A DNA stretch of 64,000 bases, from the NCBI GenBank assembly GCA_964016885.1, contig OZ024742.1, positions 232,128,001 through 232,192,000 on the forward strand. Direction: 5' to 3'. A model generated the notes under the pieces. The model was not told the DNA's origin, made no database searches, and was given only the letters and a program-made list of their open reading frames with translations. Each line of letters starts with the position of its first letter. Position 1 is the stretch's first letter. This document shows positions 25,210 through 38,227 of this stretch, one piece after another. The translations under genes and the position numbers were made by a program. This DNA comes from Eledone cirrhosa (taxonomy: Eukaryota).

Positions 25210-25749
25210 CTATAAAAATAAAGGAATGAAGAATACATGATATTAAACACAATGTGACATTGTATTAAATTTCAAATAAAAAATGAATTTAATATTTTTT
25301 TTCTTCAAGTCAAAATTGACTTATATAGGAAAAATAAATTTGTATAATAATTCATGTCATAAATATGCAAATTTATATAGAAACCTTAGTTTATTTTCTA
25401 TACTTATACATTTAATCAATTTTAGCTCATATGAATATAATTTCAAATATAAAACCAAGAACATTATATTAAACTAGTTGCTTTTTAGTTACTAAAATAA
25501 AAATTATATATCAGTTATGAATTTTGGAACAACCAATCAATAAAAACAATATTACCAATGGGATCCATATAGTAGAATTGGTAGTGTTTGGGAAAATGTC
25601 TAATGGTATAGAGTTTCCCCCCCTCATGTGTTCTAAAACTAAATCCAGCCAAGGTTTTCTTTTTGGAAATTTTGCACTCATCCTTTTAAGTTTGCATAGA
25701 TGAATTTTCTCCAGGACAGATTCTCTCCAGTTGTTTCGTTCTTTAACGA

Positions 25750-26250
25750 TATCGATGATGATGATGATGATATCATCTCCTTTGTGAGTTTCAGTATCAT
25801 CGGATCAACTTTCATCACCTCTGCCTAAATCTATTCTAGTCTTCCTTCTTCACCCAATGACCATCATCCATGCACATTACATGTCCATATCACCACAATC
25901 TTCTCTCTTCTATACTACTTATGATTCCTTATCTTCTCAGTTTTTCTCTCAATTCATCTGTTTCATCATTCATGCACAATGACATTACTTACATAAGAAG
26001 AGCATGTTTTTTAATTTCTATCCAGCCTTTGCACATCCTCCAGATTCAGCCTTCATGTTTCATTACCATGCACTATGTACACAGGCATCACAAAATCTAC
26101 TCTTTGCCTAGAGAGAGAATCCCTTTATTGCTAACAGAGGGTGTAGCTCTCTTAACTTTTTCTACCCTATTCTTATTCTAGTTGCTAATTAGATCACTCC
26201 ATTGCTAATTAGATCACTCAGGTAACAGAAGGTATCGGCTACTATGAAAC
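25750..26250 (-). mobile_element. Old RTE LINE 3' fragment
   Basis: Homologous to 19500-19890 (catcacatgtccatacca, aggtaacxgaagg) and next to a (GAT)n run. Confidence 0.75.
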
Positions 26251-26402
26251 TCTCCCTGGATTGAAAAATGTTTAACTATCTAGTGTAAAATAATTATAAT
26301 TCAAAATAATGAATAATAATGTTTCTGTCATTCAGAAGGAGAAAGATGGGAGCAATAACAAAATTAAGAACTTATTTAAAAAAAACAAGTATAACAACTT
26401 AC

Positions 26403-26486
26403 TTTTTCTCGGACCTTTGTAAACTTGTGTTTTTCCCCTTCTTTTCCGACAAGCAATTGATGGAGATAATGCAGTTGCCGAAGCCT
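26403..26486 (-). CDS. MBTD1: MBTD1/Sfmbt exon (basic, NLS-like RKRRGK...GPRK)
   Basis: tttAG|(E)ASATALSPSIACRKRRGKTQVYKGPRK|GTAAGT, phase 1/1. Confidence 0.85.
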
Positions 26487-27219
26487 CTAAAATAAGAGAA
26501 AAGCATAACATTGTGTAAGTTTCTTCCATTATAAGCACCTCAATTTTATTTAACAAAATTCTAGTTATAAAACCTATCAGAGTTAAAAGCATAAATCTTG
26601 AATTTACAATTACAACCAGTAATACATGGATTGAATTTAAATGAATATTAATGTCTGTGTATGCACATGCATTTGTAAATGAAATACAAAAATACCAATA
26701 ATTCAAGTCAAAAGTCTTTTACTCCAATATTTAACATATTTTTATATCAAACCAACTGAAACTGTCACTGGTTTTACATTATTAAACTGCTTCTTTTAAG
26801 GTATTTATATTTATAATTTTATGTAAAAAGCTTTGTTAAATTATATTCCAAACACTAGCTTAATGATGATTTGAAAATCATAGGTAGTGTCTTTAAAAGA
26901 GCTAACACTCTTAAGTTACAAGATCAATATTCTAACCCATGCTAACATGGAAAAATGACGTAAAACGGTGATGATGATGATAGTTTCAGTCAATTATATC
27001 AACACCATGGTATCTATTTATCTATATTCATTCAGTGGCTGAAGAACATTTTTGGGACAATGATTTTTTAAACCTGGTGTTGTGTCAAACATATTCAGAC
27101 AAATTCAGACACACAAACTTCTGCTCAGTTTCAGTTTACCAACCTGAAGCTATAACAGAAGACACTTCCTGAAGATTTAGGGTAAGCAAACAATTTAACC
27201 ATGCAGCCTTAGAAAATCA

Positions 27220-27471
<252 letters not shown>

Positions 27472-28480
27472 TTAAGGAATTTAAATATCCATTTAATATT
27501 TTATGCTACAAAACAACAAGTATTTTAAGGCAATTTCCCCAGTTAAAGCAGAAGTAATCTTTGTAGGCCCCACAATGAGCTTCACCCCGATCATGGAGTC
27601 TTTTTTGAGGCAATGTTTAATTGCCAAATGTCTTTTCTGATACAAACACTTCTCGTTGCCTTTTATGACACATGTATTGAATGCTACAAAATACTGTGTA
27701 TTGAATAGTATAAAATAAATGTTAAATGTTGGTAGAGTGATAAGCCAGTAGTTGACACAATCAAGAGAATATCCTCTTTTTGGTAATGGGACATACTGTA
27801 GCACATTTCCAAAACAATTTCTGTAGAGTGGGAAACATTTAAGTGCCTGGCAATGATAACAAATAACAATGGAAATCACTGTCTGAGATAGATGGAAGGA
27901 ACACTGTGGTAATGAGTTGCTTAGATCTTACATGCCACAACATAAGGTTCCAGTAAGACTTTCAGAGATGTTTTTTAAATACATTCAATGTTAAATTTTG
28001 ATTTTCATCCTCAACAAAAGGGAAACATCTTTTATACTGAATTTTTGTTAATTTTCCACAGTATTGAATATTCATTAAAACAAGTTGAATTTTTAAATTC
28101 TTATTTAATTAACAGAGTAAAAAGAAATCTTTGTTCCTTCTGACAAATGAATGTTGCAATCATTGATCAATGGGACAACATAATGCAATTAACATATAAG
28201 TAGCTGAGAAATTCACACACATGTGTACCATCACATTATTTACAGGGAGAATTAGCCCGATAGTGCATGGCAAGTATAGTAAAGAATGAGATTTTTTAAA
28301 GTAATGAATAGTTTCTTGTTTATAAACTATTAAAATACATTAAAATATAATAATATACTAAGAAATTATATTCTTGATCCTTAACTAAAAAGTAAAGCAA
28401 TTTAGAAAAGATAAAAGCTACCAAAATTCACAAAAACATTTTGTTTTCTTATACAATTCCAATAAAAAAAAATTACTAAC

Positions 28481-28545
28481 CTTGGTTCCATAAGATCAAC
28501 AGCTTCTAACTTCATACCAGCCTTAAACTTGTGTTTTGGAATTTC
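28481..28545 (-). CDS. MBTD1: MBTD1/Sfmbt exon, MBT repeat 4
   Basis: EIPKHKFKAGMKLEAVDLMEP, phase 0/2. Confidence 0.95.
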
Positions 28546-28689
28546 CTATTTAATAAAAATAAAATAGTAAATTTTCAACATTCTTACTTTTTATGTTTAG
28601 AAAGAATAAAGGAAAATTATTTCTCATAGTTTATAGACTATTTCAGAAAATGTGTTGTACAGCCCCCCAACCCCTCTCTCTATATATAT

Positions 28690-29490
28690 AGCGGTGGTGT
28701 AATTGTTTGCAAGATCTTTTTTTATATGAAATCATGTGTTGAAACAGATATTGTTATATTTGGGGAGGGTCATGTTGTCCTAATATTGCCAGAAGAAAAT
28801 AGTAAAACACATTCACTGTTTGGTTTGGTTTTCACTTCAGTATATTTTTATATTTGTATAAATAATTTAACTGGCAATCTATGTTTCATTGATTGCCAGC
28901 TAAATTATATGAGTACAAATATAAGTATAAATATAGTTTCTCAAAGTTCTTTCATTACACATATCTGTGACACCTTCACTGATTATCACGTTTCCATGTT
29001 TCTTCCTGCTGTGTTCCTGTTTTTTTTTAAATTAAATTTTTTGTTGTTGTCTGCTTCCACATGCGTTTGTGTGCATGTATTGTTTGCTGTGTGCTTGTAT
29101 GTTTATATTCTACCTTTGGTCACTAGTGTGTGTTTGTCTATGGTTGTTGTTATTCCATTCATGTTTTCTGTTCAGCCTAGGTTTTCTTAATTCTATTTCT
29201 GTAGCCTCACTAATTTGTCTAATTGTCGAGTTATTCCTATGTTTAGATAATATTTTAATTACTATGTTGTCTATTTTACCGACATGCCTTAGTCTGGCAT
29301 GTCCATATAGTACTGTCTTTTTGTCCTTTTAGTTCACTCCAGTGTTCATCAATCCTCTCTCTTATGTATGTCGTTATGTTTCTGCAAGTACCCTCTGTAC
29401 ATCTTATGCTATAGACTACATTTCTAGTTTTACAATGTATTTGTGGACTTACTCTACATATTACACATTTCTTATTTGTACAGTGGGTTT
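28690..29490 (-). mobile_element. Penelope-like element remnant (GIY-YIG endonuclease and 3' region)
   Basis: Manual translation: CKTRNVVYSIRC..C...YI(deletion)ERIDEHW, frameshift, then LYGHARLRH...RQISEATEIELRKPRLNRKHEW. Small hairpin at 28862-28908. Confidence 0.8.
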
Positions 29491-29558
29491 TCTTAAAGGG
29501 ATAAGTTTTACTGATCAGAGATTTTATGGTAGTTCCTGGTTTTTCTTAGAGCCTCTGG

Positions 29559-29765
29559 TTCACCTTCAGGAGTTGTATCCACGAACATGACACTCTGGTA
29601 TCTTTGGTTGTTATACCATGAGTTGGCTTTCCCTATCTTTTGCCCACTGTGCAGGAGAAAATCATGAAATAGCATCGATAATAACAGGGGAAAGATAGGG
29701 AAAGCCAACTCATGGTATGACAACCAGAGATACCATGTTTGTGGATGCAAACCCTGGAGGTGAAT
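29559..29765. repeat. Long inverted repeat (foldback/MITE-like)
   Basis: Core arms 29596-29640 and 29691-29735 pair at 43/45; outer arms extend ~30 bp further. Confidence 0.9.
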
Positions 29766-30071
29766 TAGGTAACCAATTTAGAAAGGCCCAAAGAAAAACC
29801 TAGTTAAACATTAAAGTGGTAGAGTAGAGATGCTTAACCTATTTTAAAAAATCATATTTCTGAGGATTACTAAAAGTCCAGTAAAACATGAACTTATAGA
29901 TTCATACTTCATTGTCAACCTATAGAAAGTCCCATGTGCAGTATGTAATTATATTTGTACATAGAAATCTTAATTACTATCTAATTTTGTATTTAGTTTC
30001 AAAACTTATATGTACTAGATAATAAACCTTATCCCAATCTACAAAGGCCTTCTGTGTAAATATAAACTTAC

Positions 30072-30151
30072 TTTGTCAAACAATCTTACGGGAGCTGCAA
30101 CAGAACTGGTTTCCTTGAGATATTCAAACCACTGGAATTGGTTCTTATATC
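30072..30151 (-). CDS. MBTD1: MBTD1/Sfmbt exon, start of MBT repeat 4
   Basis: GYKNQFQWFEYLKETSSVAAPVRLFDK, phase 1/0. Confidence 0.95.
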
Positions 30152-30384
30152 CTGAATATTAAAAAATATAAAACACAGCATAAACATTTTTACATCCATT
30201 TGATATTTACATAAATCATAGGAAAATGTGTCTTACAAAGGATTGTCTTTCCAATGTAAGCAAGTCTAATATAAAGTAAGAGTATGAGCTATTTTGAATC
30301 AGCTATTTAGAAATATGCTAAGAGGCCATCCACTTTCACAATGCAGTTGAATTGACTAAAAGCTCTGTCAACAATGTAAGGTGC

Positions 30385-31090
30385 TTATGCTGGTGCTACA
30401 ACAAAAGCCCTAAGTCCATCATGTAAGGTGCCATGCCAAAAGAGCACCCAGTCTGCCCTTGGGGACATGATAAAAGCACCCAGTCCAGCTTGTGGGGTGG
30501 TTGTGGTAGTGAGACACAACAATAAATGTAAAGTGATCGTGAAATGCAAAGAGCACCCAGCCTATTCTTGGTGACATGACATAAAGCACCCCCCCACCTA
30601 GCTCACACTGTAAAGTGGCCATTGCTGTAACGTGACAGTGACACAACAAAAAGCACCCACCCCACACTGTAAAGTGGTCGTTTTGGTACCACAACAAAAG
30701 GTGCCCAGTTTACAATGTAAAGTAGTCATTTTGGTGCTATGACAAAAAGTGCCCAGTCCACACTGTAAAGAGGTCGTTTTAGTGCCACAACAAAGTGTTC
30801 AGTTCACACTTTAAAGTGGTCATATTGGTAACACAATAAAAAGCACCCAGTTCACACTGTAAGGTGGTCATATTGACGACATGACAAAAAACAATGTCCA
30901 CAATGTAAAGTGTTTCTGATGTCATGATAAAAAGTGCCCACCAACAATGTAAATGTGGTTGGTGTTAGGAAGAGCATCCAGCTGTAGAAACAAAGCCAGA
31001 AACAGTTCTGTATGAGCAAGGTACGGTCAAATGAAAAACTCATCTAATTCATACCTGCATAGAAAAATGGTCATTAAATGATAACAATGA
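30385..31090 (+). repeat. Expanded ~41-bp tandem array (AAAAGCACCCAGTCCACACTGTAAAGTGGTC-like) inside an RTE/SINE 3' tail
   Basis: About a dozen diverged units, followed by gttggtgttaggaagagcatccagctgtagaaac and the RTE-type terminus. Confidence 0.8.
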
Positions 31091-32280
31091 AATAACTCAC
31101 AAACTTTTGAATCATGAGTTTATCACTTATTAATTCCAGAACTTATTTGAAACCAATCACTAGTCAACTGCTATGTTAAGTATCCAAGAATGTATCAATA
31201 AATTATCAATTTTGATTGTGAGTATTCTCTCTCTGAGATAAAGTTTTGATTTCTGTTGGAAGTAACTTTGCTTATTTACCGGCCAGAATTCTCTACCTCT
31301 TTCTGTTAAAACTGGCCACTCATACTGATGTTAAGGTATTGTTCTCAAAATAAATACTTTCAAAATCTCATAGATTCAATATTATGTGAGACATTATGCG
31401 AGGTAAAGCCTTTACCATGAAAGTATAATAGTATATATAGAGTAATGTGAATGCTAAAGGGTTAATTGTGGGTATATTTAGTTTGGCTCTCTATTATTGA
31501 GGTCTTTTTTTTTCACAATGATTTGTAAATAGTTAAACGTGCGTGTGAGGATTGAGGTTAACCCATTTTATACCAACCTGCCAAGAAACGAACTGGTTTT
31601 GTAAAACTAAACCATCAATTTTAAAGAGTTCCTATCTAAATTAAAGTTTTTCAAAATAATTTTATATAAGAACCTTTTGTTGAGTTATATTTACAAATAT
31701 CATCTTAATAATGCAATAATTAATAAATTTAGTAAATCCCTGCAATTTAAACTGGCCATAATTGACCAGAATTCTCTCAGCTCTTTCTGTTCAAACCAGC
31801 CATAACCAGCTGCTCATACTTATGTTCAGGTATTGTTCTCAAAATAAAAAATATCAAAATCTCGTAGATTCGATATTATGTGAGATAAAGCCATGAAAAT
31901 ACAATAGTAAATATAGAGTAATGTTAACTAATTCAAATACAGTGTATTTAATTAGAAATACAGTAATGAAAGGATTAAGGCAGATTCCAAGAGACAGTAA
32001 TAGATATCAGATTAGTACTAACATTAATAGTGAGTATTAACATTAATAGATGTTTTCCTCAAGATGTAAAAATAAAGTAAGTTATATATTATTTCAAACA
32101 CTATTTTTTAAAACCAGAAACTTACTTAAATGATTCCAAAATCCCTATTAAAAGAAACAAACCATGGAATTTAAGTTGTAATCCCCTAGTATGGAATTTA
32201 GTGATTTAGTAAAAACAGAACTCATTAAACATGAAATAATTAGTTTCAAAGCGATTGTTAAAACAAAAAGAATTACTTAC

Positions 32281-32428
32281 CTCGAGGAGGAGTCAGCTCT
32301 AAATTGTTTACTTCACAAAAACTTACAGGAAAAATGCAAGGAGATGTTATATGATAACAAAACCAATCAGAGCCATTTTGTGCAAGGGAGCCATCGATAC
32401 CAATCATTAAATAATTATTTTTTAAGAC
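32281..32428 (-). CDS. MBTD1: MBTD1/Sfmbt exon, MBT repeat 3
   Basis: VLKNNYLMIGIDGSLAQNGSDWFCYHITSPCIFPVSFCEVNNLELTPPR, phase 0/1. Confidence 0.96.
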
Positions 32429-33991
32429 CTACAACAAAAATGTTAAATATATCTAGAAGATAAAAATGTGTGTAACTTTAAAAGACAATTTCATGTTGAA
32501 TTTGCGAGTAAGAAAAATTTCAAATTTTACAGTATACATAACAAGGCAAATACAGATACAACACTGATTTTCTGGCATCTTTGCTGTCAACCCGTACCAA
32601 ATTATCTATTTAACCAGACTAACAGAAGTTACATAATAATTCTGGGTAAATTCCTAGGAAACCGCCAATATGCTATCGATAATTATTTCACCATGAAACC
32701 TGTACAACACATTATTATCATTTTTATTCCTTGAAAACACATTATAAAGGCAGAAACATTCTCCCAACACCTTAGCTATAATAATATAAACGTGCAAATG
32801 TTTTGGCACTTGCACTGGGCTTGGAAGCCATAATTAGTAGTAAATGTAAAATTGGTTAAAAATTACCCAAATTCACCAAAACTGCAGCAATCACCACTAT
32901 CCTATTTAGGTGATTGAAAATAACACATAGTGATGCCTGTGACCACCTAGTAAATTATAGTAGTGGGTTATAAAAAATTCAAGTGTCCATTCCTAATTAC
33001 ACCCAGATTAAAAGAATAGTGAAACCAGTCATTGCCTGAAAATCAGTGTTAGGCCTGTATTCACAAAATCTTAAAAAATTTCAATTTAATGTTAGAATTT
33101 TCAACTGTGCTTTTTTAGGATTTCATTTACATTATATCAAACTTAGTATAAATAAAAATTTCAAATACAGATTAAGAACACTGTTTAAATATCCAATTAA
33201 TTTGAGAAATATAATGTTTAACCCTTTTGACTGAAACCACCCTTGTTTCTACTCGACAAAACTGTTTATCTTAAACTATATATTTATCTGTGTAAGAATC
33301 TTTGTTGAGTTATGTACCAAACACCAGCTTAATAATGAGAACATTAGTTATGTTTGTGATCATTTTCAAAATTATTTGAAAATTATAGGCAGTATTTTTC
33401 ATTAGAAATATGGTAACAAAAGCAGGAAGCTATGTTATGCAGTTCAGTTCCTTTCATTCACTTTGCTACTCAGCCTGCTTTTATATCACTAATGATTATA
33501 TTAGAAGCAGTGTAACTAAGGACTTTTCACTGCTCCATCATTAATTGAATATCCATTTTTCCATGCTGGCATATGGCAGCTCTGGTTTTTAATCATTTTT
33601 TCTCTAAGCTTCATCATTGAGAGATTTGGCTCCGTACAACCTCTTTCCATGTTACCCATCTATTACAGTCAGTACACAGCACTATTTGACATATACTCTT
33701 CCTCTGTAACTTCAATTCTTATTCAATATACTGCAAGACCAATTTAACAAACTATTTTCCCATCTCCAGATCACTGGTCATATGCATAATTTTCAAATAA
33801 CTTTCCTACAAGCTGTAACAAACTCCTTTTTTTTTTTTATATCAACTACCCTTTCATAGTATGTTAGCTAACATTAATTTATCAAAAAAAAAAAAAAACA
33901 AGTATAGCAGAAGTAAAATACATATTACAGGTAAAAAAACAAACTAAATTCTAATTATTAAAAGATTAATTATTCAAATGCAATAAATTAC

Positions 33992-34105
33992 CTTATTAAC
34001 AGAAGCTACACAAATGGCCGATAGATTAAGAGGATCAATGGCTTCTAACTTCATACCAACTTCAAATGCAAGCTTGGAATTAGAAAGAACAGGAGGCTCT
34101 TTTTC
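33992..34105 (-). CDS. MBTD1: MBTD1/Sfmbt exon, MBT repeat 3
   Basis: EKEPP...FEVGMKLEAIDPLNLSAICVASVNK, phase 0/0. Confidence 0.96.
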
Positions 34106-35355
34106 CTAGAAAACAAATAAATTTAGCAGATGAAAACCAGTAATGATTTGCACTAATAAAAATCATTTAGTTAATTGTTATACTTTTTCACCCACTGTTT
34201 GTACTTTCTACATAGTACTAAGGTCTTACCAATTCCTATCCCTTTTGTGATTCTGTTTCACTTTTAATTGAATCATCATCCTTTTATGTCCATCTTTCAA
34301 TGCTTGGGTTGGACAGATTTTTTTCCAGCGCCCACCTCTGTTCATCATGCTCATCATTTTGTCTTCCTAGAAAGGTTGAAGAAACATGTCTTGTTCAATA
34401 CATTCCATTTTGGGCATGGTTTTTATAGCTAGATGCCCTTCTTAAATCCAAACACTTTACAGAGTGTACTGCTGGTGACATGATAAAAGAAGCAGCACAG
34501 TTAAGCAATGATGATAACAATAGTGATGATGACTGAGTGCATGGCACCAGCATCAGAGAGGTGGTCATGTCTACATCCTTTGAAGGCAATGTGACCTATA
34601 GAAGAACCATTGTGAATGGGTGAAGGGACTTACAGTATGAAGGATGGAACATACATGTCAACGATAGTGAACTTAAGGCTTTGGAAGGACATTCTAACTA
34701 AAGGTGTGCTGTGGGAACAAGCCCAGGACCATGTGGTTGTGAGGCAAACTTGTTGAAATAAATAACAACCATCATCGCCATCATTTAAAGTCTGTTTTCC
34801 TTGCTAGCAAGGGTTGGATGGATCATCACAGACCAAGTCAGTAGTATTCAAGCAAAGCTAGTGACCACTTAGGTTCTTGCACTCAGACATGTGCTCAAGT
34901 GGGCCAGGGGCACACATCTTGCTTACAAACAATTTTCATGCTCTACTGAGTGCAGTTTATTGTGGCACCAGCACTAGAAAGGTTATCAAGTTTTTGACAC
35001 AGCTGAACAGTCCTTCCAACTCTTTGTTGGGCATGTTTCTATAGTTGGATGCCCTCTCTATCACTAACCACTTTATTGAGTCTACTGGATGCATTTATCA
35101 TGTAAATCACCAACACTAGAAAAGTTGTCAAGTCTTTGGCCCAACTAAAATGTCCTACTGACCCTTTGTTTGTAAAGTTTTCTACAGTCAGATGCCCTTC
35201 TTATCACCAACAACAAACAAATAATAATCACTATCATCGTTTAACATCTATCTTCCACGCTAGCATGGGTTTAGATGGGAATTGTCCCACTTGTGGCAAG
35301 TTTGGTCAGGAGACCCGTGGCTCACTCGTATAGGACTATAAAAAGATATACTTAC

Positions 35356-35435
35356 TTTATGAAACATATGTGGTACAGCATCAAAACTGTCATATTTCTG
35401 TAATGAAATCTTGGCAATACAATCAGACTTGTATT
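35356..35435 (-). CDS. MBTD1: MBTD1/Sfmbt exon, linker between MBT repeats 2 and 3
   Basis: ttttcAG|(E)YKSDCIAKISLQKYDSFDAVPHMFHK|GTAAGT; supplies the required phase 1 to 0 bridge. Confidence 0.9.
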
Positions 35436-36381
35436 CTGAAAATATATTTTAAAAAATCGATAATTCATCCAAATACTTTAAATTTATGTTTTGTTCTATC
35501 TAGCAGTTCTTATATAGAATTACTGCCAATCTATATGACAACCCTGCAATGTAGCTTGCAGTGTCCACATCCTGCTTATACATTCTTTTGGGGTATGACT
35601 CCTGTGGTTAAATGACTTTATCATCAACAACATTGCGATATACTGGGTGCATTTTAACATGCAACAAGCAAAAGAGAGACTTCCATGTGAAGAGAACTAA
35701 AGAGTTCCTTCTATCCAGTATCAGTTCAACTTTGAAGTTATTGCCTGCCTAAACATACAATCTATGATGCAGCTTACAGAATGCATTCATTCATACATTC
35801 CATTTTTGGTGGGATTTCTCTCCCATCCCCAACCACTTAATAGTGTATACAGGGTGTACATTTTATCCTGCTACATACACTAGGAAGCCTGTAAATGTGG
35901 CAGGGCTGAGAAGTCCTCTCTACTGCAAAAAGAGGTTCAACTATATTTGCAGATTTTTGTAAAAACATGTGAGAAATAGTTTATTAACCCTAAATATATT
36001 TATCATTTTTTTTTAAATTTCAACGTAAGAACACCAATCCACTGAAACTTGTCTATAAGATTATATGATGGTTTAATGCTATTCTCTGAAATATTCATCC
36101 TTAAGGAATATATGGCAGAGGCAAGGATTAATACATTTTAGCCTAGGCAAGATGCAGTTCAGATATATTTCAGAACAGGATATCACTGATGCTCTCTACC
36201 TAATAAGTAATAAGATAATGACCAAAGAAGCACTTAGATGCAATCTGGTGGTCGTTATGAAAATCATGGACAGATAAATGGCATGTAAGCCGTATACTGT
36301 CATATACTTTTCAATATACATAAGTATTTTACTGTCTGTTTTGAATGTGAAGATTATACCTATCATTAGTGTATTTCATTA

Positions 36382-36465
36382 TTGTTAGTGTAATGTGGTA
36401 AATTAGGATTCAAAAGTTATGACCATATAACTTTTGGATCTTAATTTAACACATTACACTAGCAA
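36382..36465. repeat. Hairpin with 39-bp arms and a 6-nt loop
   Basis: 36382-36420 vs 36427-36465 pair Watson-Crick at 35/39. Confidence 0.9.
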
Positions 36466-36496
36466 CAAACAATGCACAAGGGAAAGAATGCTCTTG

Positions 36497-36537
36497 ATTC
36501 AGACATGTTTCACTCTTATTAGAACTCATCAGCAAAC
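36497..36537 (-). ncRNA. Minimal type I hammerhead ribozyme motif (Penelope-type), sense to the host gene
   Basis: guuug-CUGAUGA-GUUCU-aaua-AGAGU-GAAA-CAUG-UC-ugaau; palindromic ACAUGU stem III; stem I is weak and G:U-rich. Confidence 0.55.
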
Positions 36538-38115
36538 ATTGAGTAACCTCAAAACTTAATCCTTTTGATACTAACCTGCCCCTGATTCCACAATACAAAA
36601 CTATTTTTATTGTTTAAATTTATCTAAAAATCATCCACCACAATTTTGTGAAAGAACCTTTGTTTAATTATGCTCAAAAGAATAGCTTAATAATGAGAAG
36701 GTTAGTTATATTACTAAGTCCCTTAAAATTCTTTGATTTTTTTTTTCAAAATGATTTGAAAATCATCAGCAGTGTCTTTCATTAGAAATATGGCAATGAA
36801 AGGGTTAAAAGACGGGAGAAAAATATTAAGGGATGCTTGCTGTATGGAAATTAATAGTAACTTGGACACTAGTATATTTGATGTTATAAACCAATAAGGA
36901 ACCACATCATTAGTATATAGTATTATATTTGCACTTAAATTAAAGCTGAACTCTGTCATCTTTGGTTAATTGCTTTTCACCATCAACTGTATAAAGTTTG
37001 ATCTTCTATTGCACTGGTTTTATACATATATGAGTGAAGGTGAGAGCGACAGTGTCAGTGGAAGAGACACTGAAGTACAAAGCTCTAAGCAAGCTAAGAT
37101 TTATTTTAATTTTACACTGTGTATGTGCTTGTGACTACTCACCAGTTGTATGAGGTCGTTGACAACATGGCAGTACATCAGTCCATGTCATTTTGACAGG
37201 TACATGTATAAATACACAAATCACCACCATCACTACCACAATGATATATGCCAAGACAACATGGGAGAATGCTTGTGCTATCTTGCTAACCAGCAGTTAT
37301 GAGTATTGCAAAGGCATAGTGAATAAATAACATCATTACTTTTAGTTTGAATTCAGCTTGATGACCATCAAAGACCAAATTGATTGAAACATAGTTTAAT
37401 TCTAAATGTAGAGTCTAAAGGTGAGGTTAATATCTGGAAAATTATGTTATTTCTTATATTGACCTCTTTCAATGGATTTTTCAATAATATTTTGGAAATG
37501 TCTACATTCCAACCATAATTTATGCTCTCATGGACCCATTTCAACTCAATGATAATTCATCATCATCATTTTATGCAGATTTTCCATGCTGGCATGGATT
37601 AAACATGTTGTTGCAATGAAAGGCAAGTTAAAGGACCATGTGTTGCTGAATTTTGACATGGTTTCTATGGCTGGATGCCCTTCCAAACAACAATCCCTTT
37701 AAAGAGACCATTGGGTGCATTTTATTGTGGCACCAGTGTCATCATTTCACAGAGCCTACTGGGTGCATTTTATCCAGACACCAACACTACCACTTACACT
37801 TTTCTAAGTAGAATAATTTTTATATGTCAATTCAATTATCTTATTCTCTTTTATAATTATGTTTTACATCCAAGCATGGAAAAAAGATAAAACAATGTCA
37901 ATGATGATTGTTGAATGCTTCACCAAATATAAACATCTGCTGTAACAATAATTTCCTTTCTAAATTCTGAGTGATACATTTGTTATCAGTTGGATATAGA
38001 ATAGCTTCTTTATTAATCACTAGCTGAGGTACCCAGCTTCGTCAAGGTTAACAAATGATAAGAGAAGACCGGCAGAAGAGACAACGTCTGTATTGAATGC
38101 ATTGTCTTGTTTACA

Positions 38116-38142
38116 GTGTGTGTGTGTATGTGTATGTATATA

Positions 38143-38177
<35 letters not shown>

Positions 38178-38188
38178 GTGTACGTGTG

Positions 38189-38222
<34 letters not shown>

Positions 38223-38227
38223 CGTGT
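38116..38227. repeat. Compound (TG)n/(TA)n microsatellite
   Basis: Seen directly; similar tracts at 59037-59280, 60248-60315 and 60617-60722. Confidence 0.95.

Noticed and set aside
28722-28754. atgaaatcatgtgttgaaacagatattgtt at the end of the Penelope remnant
   Set aside because: It may be a dead hammerhead, but the CUGA box is missing.
32321-32326. GTAAGT inside MBT exon 32281-32428
   Set aside because: Weak exonic context (CCT), explained by conserved P-V-S codons; its use would cause a frameshift.
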